Shown: positions 51,312 through 59,035 of the stretch, piece by piece
How the letters are laid out: every line of letters starts with the position of its first letter
Numbering within the stretch: the first letter of the stretch is position 1
Source: an uncultured delta proteobacterium
GTDB taxonomy: Bacteria > Desulfobacterota > RBG-13-43-22
DNA length: 64,000 nucleotides
Direction of reading: 5' to 3'
Assembly: GCA_963790475.1 (NCBI GenBank)
Contig: CAWBOS010000012.1
Coordinates: 1,024,001-1,088,000 of the forward strand
Program-made: the position numbers and the translations under genes
The notes under the pieces: model-generated
Seen by the model: the letters and a program-made list of their open reading frames with translations, nothing else
Databases searched by the model: none
What the model was told of the DNA's origin: nothing

Positions 51312-51736
51312 TTACGTATTCTTCTTTACAAACTTTGTCCCGTCAATAACCTTGAGGCCTTTAATCTTTCCAAAATGAAAACTATTTCTGGTTATTAAGG
51401 GAACAGCCCGTGTAAGACATGGGCCGGCAACGAGAATATCTTTTATGTTAAGTGTCTTTCCAGTCTTGGAAAGGGTTACATGGATTTGGGCCGCCTTTTT
51501 TGAATCTTCCGGAGTCCAATCGAATGGGATCAACATGGCTAAAACATCCTCAACCGGTTTCAGTTTTCCGGAGTAGTATCCCCCATAATAAAGCTCGTAA
51601 ATTGAGACGGGGAGATATAGACCTCAAACTTTCCGATCAAAGTAGGAAGGATTTCCTGGTTTTCGTTTCTGCCGCGAAGATAATCAATGATAATATCGGT
51701 ATCTACGCAAACACGGGAGGTTTCCAATTTTTCCAT
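51312..51736 (-). pseudogene. vapC: PIN-domain (VapC) toxin, frameshifted near 51610
   Basis: Manual translation: MEKLETSRVCVDTDIIIDYLR, then a frame break at a C4 run, then IYELYYG...KDILVAG...ITRNSFHF. May be an assembly error. Confidence 0.75.
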
Positions 51737-52224
51737 TCCTTATTAAGTTTCTCATAGATGTCATCTACATCAACATCCTTCCAGGCACCCCTGGCTCTCG
51801 TAAAGCCATCCTTCCGGGACTTATTAATTTCAACGAAAAATTCATTCTTTACTAGATGGATCATTTTCATGATTTTTTCCATCTCAATTTCAGAAAGTCC
51901 TTGAATTTCTGCCGAGATTTTTTCTTTATAGACTTCCGTTACTTGCCGTCCGGGTATCCTCATCCCCCCCTCACCAAAGGTGTCTGCCTTGATGTGATAT
52001 TCTCTATGGGCCTCCCCAAGATTGGGAATCCCGCTCGATACTGAGCCAATCAGACCTTTTACTTGGTCATAGGGCTTTGATTCATTCAGTACATCGATTT
52101 CAGAAATAAATTTTTCAAGAGCCAACCTGACGATATCGGAACGCTTACGCCGGAGTCTTTTGGCGACGTTAGCGATCTGTTCATGAAATTCTTCGTCAAG
52201 CCTGACTGTTATTTGTGATTGCAT
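51703..52224 (-). CDS. RHH/CopG antitoxin-like protein read in frame into a second antitoxin (own ATG at 51963)
   Basis: QITVRLD...RSDIVRLAL RHH motif; the downstream part ends GAWKD...W and overlaps the vapC start. Confidence 0.7.
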   Translation of the reverse strand: MQSQITVRLDEEFHEQIANVAKRLRRKRSDIVRLALEKFISEIDVLNESKPYDQVKGLIGSVSSGIPNLGEAHREYHIKADTFGEGGMRIPGRQVTEVYKEKISAEIQGLSEIEMEKIMKMIHLVKNEFFVEINKSRKDGFTRARGAWKDVDVDDIYEKLNKEWKNWKPPVFA

Positions 52225-52252
52225 GATTTTTCTCCCCAAATCTTATTTTGGG

Positions 52253-52278
52253 TTGCATTGTAATGTATTGCAATGCAA
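52253..52278. promoter_or_regulatory. Palindromic operator upstream of the RHH gene
   Basis: TTGCATTG-taatgtattg-CAATGCAA, near-perfect palindrome. Confidence 0.65.
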
Positions 52279-52438
52279 TTTTCAACAACAAAAGGGAAAA
52301 AGAAGTATAGTCATCTAAGCAATCAGATACCTTTTCAGAGGGAATAGAGGGGGGGATATCCACCTTAGCTCGCCACTATAATCCGTCCATTACCTACAAG
52401 TTCTCTGATGGGATATTCCATAATCAAATATTATTTTC

Positions 52439-52472
52439 TTGACCCAATATATCAATTTTGATATATTGGGTC
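52439..52472 (+). promoter_or_regulatory. Sigma-70 promoter overlapped by a perfect palindromic operator
   Basis: TTGACC-N17-TATATT, overlapped by GACCCAATATATCAA-tt-TTGATATATTGGGTC. Confidence 0.8.
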
Positions 52473-52474
52473 TC

Positions 52475-52816
52475 ATGGCATGGGAGATTGAATTTTACAA
52501 AGATGAAAAAGGGAATGTCCCGGTAGAAGGTTTTATTGAGAATCCTCCGCCTAAGGAAAAAGCAAAAATAATTTGGATAATCGATCTGCTGGAAGGGACA
52601 GGAATTAATCTTTCGGAACCTTATGCAAAGCATATTGAAGGATCCCTATGGGAATTAAAACCTCAACAAAACAGAATTATATATTTTCTTAATAAAGAGA
52701 CTTTTGTTCTCTTGCATGGATTCAGGAAAAAAAGTCAAAAACTACCTATTCATGAAAGAGAGACTGCCCTTCGAAGGATGGAAGATTACCTGAAAAGGAG
52801 GAGGGAAAATGACTAA
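52475..52816 (+). CDS. higB: RelE/ParE-family toxin (HigB/Gp49-like)
   Basis: WEIEFY...PV..F, PYAKHIEGSLWELK, RIIYF, LLHGFRKK; toxin-first order. Confidence 0.85.
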   Translation: MAWEIEFYKDEKGNVPVEGFIENPPPKEKAKIIWIIDLLEGTGINLSEPYAKHIEGSLWELKPQQNRIIYFLNKETFVLLHGFRKKSQKLPIHERETALRRMEDYLKRRREND

Positions 52817-53099
52817 GTGGCATTCGATTAGAGGAAAATTACTGGAAGATCCACAAATTCGGGAAGAATATCATAAGCTGCCTTCGGTTCATATTGCTGC
52901 CCAGATTATTAACGCCCGAAAGTCAAAAGGATTAACGCAGGCTGATTTGGCAGGTCTTGTCGGGACAAGCCAGTCGGCTATAGTCCGGCTTGAAAAAGGA
53001 AACTATTTAGGATACTCACTCAAAACCTTGCAGAAAATCGCTAAGGCTTTGGATGCAACGGTTGAGATTAATTTTTGTCCCAAGACCCAGATTTCCTGA
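52809..53099 (+). CDS. higA: XRE-family HTH antitoxin
   Basis: ARKSKGLTQADLAGLVGTSQSAIVRLEKG. Confidence 0.85.
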   Translation: MTKWHSIRGKLLEDPQIREEYHKLPSVHIAAQIINARKSKGLTQADLAGLVGTSQSAIVRLEKGNYLGYSLKTLQKIAKALDATVEINFCPKTQIS

Positions 53100-53168
53100 A
53101 AAATTCAGAAGGTCAGGAGCAGATCTATTTCCTTTGCATTCTGGTTTTTGTCTCTTTTTATGCGTAGG

Positions 53169-54779
53169 TTAGGTCACCAAAAAATCGACTTTATTATTGT
53201 GGGTCCAGTACCAGATAAGGTGGTTATCCTCTTGTCTAATCTTGACATACCCGGCATCGATGAAACTTCTAATGGTTTGATGAATCAGGTTACTATCGAA
53301 ACCCGTGGCTTCTGCAATCCGTTGACAAAGCGGATCAAAGATTTTTTCAGGATTACCATTTGGGGTATCCGTAAGGAAAGAGCCGCAGGCCTCTAAAAGG
53401 TCTTCCGAGAGCATCTTATAAACCAGCTTCATCCGGAAATGACCGGCCACCCTTAAGTCTTCCTCCGGGGTGTTCGTTTTATCATGGTACCGCTGAACCT
53501 GTTTTTCCCAGGCCCGGTTGATCTCTTCATCAAATTCGGCCACGAATTGATCGATGGCTTCCGGCGTCAAGGCCGAGGTCCGGACAATGGCGCTGTTGGC
53601 ATCATAACGGGACCAGTCCTCGGTCAGGATTTCCAGATCATATTCATCGATTTTTTCCCGGACCGTAGTCCCGGGAAAGGGGGCCAGAAAATGAAACCCG
53701 TAGAGGATATCGAGACTCTTGGAGAACTCCGAGGTGTCTTTTAAAGTTTCGGGTGTCTCTCCCGGGAGCCCCACCATAAAGGAGGCGTGGGCCAGGATTC
53801 CCGCTTCCTTACAGAGGGCCACGGCCTTTCGGGCCTGATCGAGCGTGATCCCCTTTCTGATCCGCTTCAACATCTCCTGATTTCCGGATTCGATTCCGAA
53901 ACTGATGCAGTCACAACCGGTCTCCCGCATCAGACGCAACGTTTCCTGGTCCACGGTGTTGACCCGCGAAAAGGCCGTCCAGGTCAGGGAAAGTTTCCGC
54001 CGGCGGATTTCTTCACAGACCTCATGCACTTTTTCCCGGTCGGAGGTAAACAGGTCATCGGCGATATTGATCCTGGTAAACCCGTAAGACAGGATCTGTT
54101 CGATTTCATCCACTACCAGAGACGCCTTTCTGGAGCGGGCCTTGCTGCCCACCATTTTTCTCCCCTGACAAAAAATGCAGGAATAGGGACAGCCCCGACC
54201 GGTGATCATGGAAACCGGAAAACCGAGGGCCTGATAGCGGGACATGGGCAGCAGGTGCCGGGCCGGCAGAGGCAGGCTGTTCAAATCGTTGATCAGCTCC
54301 CTCTTCCCGGTTTGAATGATCCGTCCGTTTTCCCGGTAGGCGATCCCCGGGATGTCTCCTCGATTTCCCTGACCCCGGAAATGATCCATCAATTCCACTA
54401 TGGTTTTTTCCCCTTCGCCGATGACCAGCAGGTCGATTTCCGGGTAGGCTTCGAGGGTATTGATCACATCGAAGGATACATGAGGACCGCCCATCAGGGT
54501 GATGAGGGAGGGATCGATTTTCTTGGCCGTTCGGACGATATCGGCAGCGGCTGTAAAATTCATGGTCACCGATGTGGACCCCAATACCTGGGGCTGGAAC
54601 TCGGCCAGTTCCCGCTCCAGCTTTTCAGGGGTATAGCGGGAAATAATATAGTCGATGATTTTGACTTCCGCTCCGGCCTGTTCGAAGGCCGACGCCACAT
54701 ACGATATCCCCAGGGGGGGTGAAGGGGCCTCTTCCAGAGGATAGGGGGGTGCAATAATGGCTACTCTCACGGAGGTCAA
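53169..54779 (-). CDS. Cobalamin-dependent (class B) radical SAM enzyme
   Basis: PPLGISYVA and GGPH...GEGE B12-binding domain; GRGCPYSCIFC; GIESG. The likely TTG start overlaps the upstream TGA. Confidence 0.9.
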   Translation of the reverse strand: MTSVRVAIIAPPYPLEEAPSPPLGISYVASAFEQAGAEVKIIDYIISRYTPEKLERELAEFQPQVLGSTSVTMNFTAAADIVRTAKKIDPSLITLMGGPHVSFDVINTLEAYPEIDLLVIGEGEKTIVELMDHFRGQGNRGDIPGIAYRENGRIIQTGKRELINDLNSLPLPARHLLPMSRYQALGFPVSMITGRGCPYSCIFCQGRKMVGSKARSRKASLVVDEIEQILSYGFTRINIADDLFTSDREKVHEVCEEIRRRKLSLTWTAFSRVNTVDQETLRLMRETGCDCISFGIESGNQEMLKRIRKGITLDQARKAVALCKEAGILAHASFMVGLPGETPETLKDTSEFSKSLDILYGFHFLAPFPGTTVREKIDEYDLEILTEDWSRYDANSAIVRTSALTPEAIDQFVAEFDEEINRAWEKQVQRYHDKTNTPEEDLRVAGHFRMKLVYKMLSEDLLEACGSFLTDTPNGNPEKIFDPLCQRIAEATGFDSNLIHQTIRSFIDAGYVKIRQEDNHLIWYWTHNNKVDFLVT

Positions 54780-55498
54780 TCCCCTTTCAGCGGGAATACC
54801 AGGGACCTGAGCCATCCCAAAAGGGTATTGCCTTTGAGGTTATTTTTTTCATTTTCTTTCACTTCGGCGGTAAGCTGGGCGATGATTGAAAACCAGTCTT
54901 CCCGGGTCTGCATCGGTTTATCCGTATCCAATTGCTTCAGGACCACGGCCGGATTACCGCCGGCCACTACATTGGGCGGGATATCCTTGACGACCACCGC
55001 GCCGGCCCCGACAATACTGTTATCCCCGATGGTCACCCCTTTGCAGACAATGGTGCTGTCTCCCAGCCAGACATTGTTTCCGATCCTGACCGGGGATGAC
55101 TGCCCGACAAACATGCTCCGATCATAGAGGTCATGCCAATCGGCATCGGTGACATAGACGCGATTGGCCAGCATGCAATTGTCCCCGATGCTTATCTCTG
55201 TGGCGGCGCTGATGCGCACCCCGGCGCATATCAAACAGTACTTTCCTATTTGGATGTGTCCTTCTCCCTCCCGGTTGGACCAGACGGTTAACCGAACCTT
55301 GTTGTCCGAGGTGGCTATAATATTGGCATAGTCCCCCAGTGAAATAGGACCGCCGTTCACTTCCACACACCAGGGCTTCATGATGGTGGTGTTCTGCCCC
55401 AGGTCCTCAAACTGAGGGCGCAGGAAATGATGGACATACCATACTTCAAACCGGTGGCTGAGACGTTTGACGCTATAGGGACGATGATCTCTTTTCAA
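54776..55498 (-). CDS. Hexapeptide-repeat O-acyltransferase
   Basis: IGDNCM, DADWH, IGNNVWLG, IGDNSIVGAGAVVVKDIP, GGNPA. Confidence 0.9.
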   Translation of the reverse strand: MKRDHRPYSVKRLSHRFEVWYVHHFLRPQFEDLGQNTTIMKPWCVEVNGGPISLGDYANIIATSDNKVRLTVWSNREGEGHIQIGKYCLICAGVRISAATEISIGDNCMLANRVYVTDADWHDLYDRSMFVGQSSPVRIGNNVWLGDSTIVCKGVTIGDNSIVGAGAVVVKDIPPNVVAGGNPAVVLKQLDTDKPMQTREDWFSIIAQLTAEVKENEKNNLKGNTLLGWLRSLVFPLKGD

Positions 55499-55542
55499 TT
55501 TATAACAGCCTTGTTTCCTGATGAAGTAATTATTGATGGACT

Positions 55543-55693
55543 CGTAAAAATTCGCTCAAAACCGAGTCACGTCATTCCGGCCCCGCATCAAGTGCGGGAT
55601 AGACTCCAGCCGGAATCCATCCCGCCTTTGGCGGGACCGGTTTTCACCCCCGGATAAATACATTCCGGGGCAGGCTTGGTGACGACTTTTTAC
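55543..55693. repeat. GTCATTCCGG-family palindromic repeat, copy 6, with inserted hairpins
   Basis: GTAAAAATTCG...GTCATTCCGG[CCCGCATCAAGTGCGGG]...CCGGAATCCA[TCCCGCCTTTGGCGGGA]...GTGACGACTTTTTAC. Confidence 0.8.
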
Positions 55694-55719
55694 AAATCCA
55701 TCATTGTTGAATTGGGTGA

Positions 55720-56814
55720 CTATTCCGACTGGTTTTTCTCGCGGGCCAGGGGAAGATTATTCGTGGTAACCGATTTTCCCTCTCTCAATGTTTCCCAGAA
55801 ACCGTGATTGAATATTCGACTGGCCGGTGTCATCTCATTCAAGGCGTCATAGGCGAGAAGCACGGCTGCGGCTGTCCAGGACGTTTTCTCCTCGGGCCAG
55901 ATGACCGTATCGGGAAAGGTAACGCCCATCCAATAGCATCCATCATCGAATTTCTTATCTCGTAACCAGTTGAAAACCGTTTCCGCTCGATCAAAATCAC
56001 CGACAGCCGCCAGGGTCAAGACTAATTCGGCCGTTTCGGCCATGGTCACCCAGGGGTGGTCGGAAACACAGCGAACGCCCCAATCCGGAACGGTAAATTT
56101 ATCCCAGAATTTATCAATCCTCCTTTTGGCTTCCAGGCCTGTGACCGCACCGCAAAGGACGGGATAATACCAATCCATCGAATAACGGGATTTGATCATA
56201 TTGAAACAGTCCGGTTTATTGCGGATGGCCTCCCCCAGCTTATCCAGGGCTTTTTCCCAGGACGGACGGCGTTTGCCCAAGAAGGAGGCGATGGCCAGGG
56301 CGCACTTGAGGCTCATAAAAATGGAACTGGAGCCGGTCAACAAAGCCATCGGATCGACCACCCCTTTCCCGTTTTTCGCCCAGTAAATCTCACCGGTGGG
56401 GGCCTGTAAACTGACGGCATAATTAATGCCGGCTTTTAGGGCCGGCCACATGTGCTCGAGAAAGGCTTTATCCCCGGTAATCAAATAATAATGAAAAACT
56501 CCGACGGCGATATAGGAGGACATGTTGGTTTCCCGGGTGGTATCCTCGGGGGTCCCGTTGCGTGTGGCTGACCACCAGCTCCCGTCTTTGAGTTGGGTCT
56601 TTGTCATCCAATCAAAAGCCAGGGCCGCCTCCTTCAAATAGCCGGACACACTGAGGCCCATGGCACTTTCCACGTGATCCCAGGGATCGGTTTTGCCCCC
56701 CTGGGACCAGGGAATTTCACCATCCGGTTTTTGTAAGTTCAGGATGAATTCCGCAGTAGAAGCGATATCAACGACCGGAAACCGGACTTTACGTGAAATG
56801 AGGGCTTCGGACAT
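55720..56814 (-). CDS. (alpha/alpha)-barrel protein of the 'prenyltransferase'-annotated family; MmpH-like glycoside hydrolase
   Basis: Q.PDGEIPW, DPWDHVESAM, ALLTGSSS, YSMDWYYPVL, WVT.AETAEL, WTAAA. Confidence 0.75.
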   Translation of the reverse strand: MSEALISRKVRFPVVDIASTAEFILNLQKPDGEIPWSQGGKTDPWDHVESAMGLSVSGYLKEAALAFDWMTKTQLKDGSWWSATRNGTPEDTTRETNMSSYIAVGVFHYYLITGDKAFLEHMWPALKAGINYAVSLQAPTGEIYWAKNGKGVVDPMALLTGSSSIFMSLKCALAIASFLGKRRPSWEKALDKLGEAIRNKPDCFNMIKSRYSMDWYYPVLCGAVTGLEAKRRIDKFWDKFTVPDWGVRCVSDHPWVTMAETAELVLTLAAVGDFDRAETVFNWLRDKKFDDGCYWMGVTFPDTVIWPEEKTSWTAAAVLLAYDALNEMTPASRIFNHGFWETLREGKSVTTNNLPLAREKNQSE

Positions 56815-57526
56815 GTTCTTCCTTTCTTGAATAGAATACGATGCTTTTTCCTAAAAAGGGATTCAACAGATAATCCAGTAAACGGGTCAGCCGGGGTTTC
56901 TTCATCATGTCCCAGACCAGGAACCGATGGTACAGGTTGACCAGCGCGGAATCCTGGCGGTTGGGACCGATCATACATTTCAACCACCAGTAGGGGGTAT
57001 GGAGGCTGTGGGCGAAATGGGAGGCCCAGACTCGGGAGCCCGAACCTTCCATCAGGGTGATCAGTTCCTTTTTCTTATAAATGCGGATATGCCCGTTGGC
57101 GTTCTGGTGATAACTTTCGGACAAAGCCCAGCAGATACGTTCCGGCAAATACCTGGGAACGCTGACGACCAAGTCCCCCCCGGGCCTTAACACCCTGGTC
57201 ACTTCCTTTATGGCGGTGTGCTGGTCCGGGATATGTTCCAGCACTTCCGAACAAATTACCATGTCGAAAAAATTGTCGGGAAAAGGCAGGCCGGTGATAT
57301 CGGCTACCAGGGTGGCCCAAATCCCTCCTCCGTGCTCCCCCAATTCTTCCTGATTGAGAAGCCGGTTTCTGGCTTCCTTCACTTCATCAAAGTTGAAATC
57401 AGAACCGATGACCACCACTTTTTCGAGTCTCAAGGCCGCGCAGCTATGGCGACCGGATCCACAGCCGATATCCAGTATTTTATGACCCGTACCTATCGGT
57501 AGACGGTTAAAGTCAACGGTAATCAT
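56789..57526 (-). CDS. Class I SAM-dependent methyltransferase, MeT1-like
   Basis: MITVDFNRL, LDIGCGSGRH, SEVLEHIPD, PERICWALS, GHIRIY, LHTPYWWLKC. Confidence 0.85.
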   Translation of the reverse strand: MITVDFNRLPIGTGHKILDIGCGSGRHSCAALRLEKVVVIGSDFNFDEVKEARNRLLNQEELGEHGGGIWATLVADITGLPFPDNFFDMVICSEVLEHIPDQHTAIKEVTRVLRPGGDLVVSVPRYLPERICWALSESYHQNANGHIRIYKKKELITLMEGSGSRVWASHFAHSLHTPYWWLKCMIGPNRQDSALVNLYHRFLVWDMMKKPRLTRLLDYLLNPFLGKSIVFYSRKEEHVRSPHFT

Positions 57527-58763
57527 GGATGGTTTCCCGGTAAGCTTCCACCGTGGCCTGGGCCGCCTTTTTCCAGGTGAAGAATTGGTGAACCCGTTTA
57601 AAGCCGGCCTCGCCCAGGGCTTTTGCTTTCTCCGGATTATCGAGCAGCGCCTTTATGGCTTCGGCCAGGGCCCGGGAATCGGCTGAGGGTATGACCAGGC
57701 CGGCGTCTCCCACTACTTCCGGGAGGGCCCCGCCCGAGGTACTGATGACCGGTACCCCGCAGGCCATGGCCTCCCCCGCGGGAAGGCCGAAACCCTCGTA
57801 CAGCGAGGGGATCACCGCCAGGGACGCCCGGGCGTAACAGCGGACGAAACTTCCGTTGTCAATCCTGCCGGTGAAGGTAACCTGTCGCCCAAGGTCTAAT
57901 TCGCGGATGAGCTTGATGATCCGGCTGTCCTTTTTAGGTTCGCCCACCACCGTGAGTCTCACGGGGTGGGTTTTGGTAACTTCTTTCACCGCCTTTAATA
58001 AATAGTCCAGACCCTTTAAAGGCATATCAGCGCTGTTGGTGGCAATAAGATGATTTTTTTCCCTCTCTATTTCGGGGAGCGGATAAAAAAGGTCGGTGTT
58101 GATACCGTTGGGAACCACTTTGAATCTATGGCGGGGGATGTTGAATTCCCGGCTGATGTCATCCCCGGCACATTCGGAAACGGTGATGATTTTGGGAAGT
58201 TTTCGCGAGACCTTTATCTGCATCCCGATAAAGGAATACCACCTGACCTGTTTCAGCTTCTTCCAGGGAGAACGGGCGGCGGCAATGTCCAATTTGCGGT
58301 CTACGGTGATGGGATGATGGATGGTGGCAATGGTCGGGACTTCTTTCTGCATATTCAGAAGGCCGTAGAAAAGGCTCTGGTTGTCGTGAATAATGTCGTA
58401 CCGGTCATACTTGTCTTTCAGGAACTTTTGAGCCCGGAGACCGAAGGTATAGGGTTCGGGAAATCCCGCGGTGGAGACCCCGATCCATTCCAGCAGATTA
58501 ATGGGATCGCACAGTTCTCTTAAGGAAGGAAGCCTGAACAGGGCTTCAGGGTTATACAGATCAAGGGATGGGAGACGATAGACCTTGATATCCTCATCGA
58601 GGAGCGGGTCGGGCGGTCCGGATATCACCTCGACCTGATGGCCCAGGTCCTTGAGTGCCCTGCTCAAGTTTTTCAGATAGACCCCCTGTCCGCCGCAGTG
58701 CGGATTGCTCCGGTAACTTAACAGACATATTCTGAGAGGACCATTCTTCTTTTCGGGTTCCAT
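57513..58763 (-). CDS. GT4 glycosyltransferase, ManT-like
   Basis: LLSYRSNPHCGGQGVY, GFPEP.TF, HDNQSL, HHPIT.D, PSLYEGFGLPAGEAM. Confidence 0.9.
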   Translation of the reverse strand: MEPEKKNGPLRICLLSYRSNPHCGGQGVYLKNLSRALKDLGHQVEVISGPPDPLLDEDIKVYRLPSLDLYNPEALFRLPSLRELCDPINLLEWIGVSTAGFPEPYTFGLRAQKFLKDKYDRYDIIHDNQSLFYGLLNMQKEVPTIATIHHPITVDRKLDIAAARSPWKKLKQVRWYSFIGMQIKVSRKLPKIITVSECAGDDISREFNIPRHRFKVVPNGINTDLFYPLPEIEREKNHLIATNSADMPLKGLDYLLKAVKEVTKTHPVRLTVVGEPKKDSRIIKLIRELDLGRQVTFTGRIDNGSFVRCYARASLAVIPSLYEGFGLPAGEAMACGVPVISTSGGALPEVVGDAGLVIPSADSRALAEAIKALLDNPEKAKALGEAGFKRVHQFFTWKKAAQATVEAYRETIHDYR

Positions 58764-59035
58764 AGACCTGGTCTTTGAAAGGATTAAGGATGGTTTGATT
58801 TATTTCCGAGCGCTCGTTCACTTTTTTTGAATTTCTACCATATTTAGGGTCGGGAAGTCAAGTCAAAAACCAATCAAAGATATTTGGGATTTCCCCGTTG
58901 CGAGTTAGGAGTTTCTGGAGAAAAGATTATACTTCTTAAATCGCAACCCGTAACCCGTAACCCGCAACAGGGTTTGCATTTGAGAAGAGTTCTCAGATCT
59001 ATTGTTAAAAGAAGCGATGTGCCGGGTTTGGGCCA

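Noticed and set aside
53787-54722. Long antisense ORFs (311 aa here; similar ones at 748, 15572, 59108 and 60047)
   Set aside because: Shadow frames opposite well-supported genes, with no recognisable motifs or RBS.
55720-56814. Squalene-hopene cyclase or true prenyltransferase
   Set aside because: Only 364 aa, no DXDD motif, and no isoprenoid genes nearby; the context favours a glycoside hydrolase.
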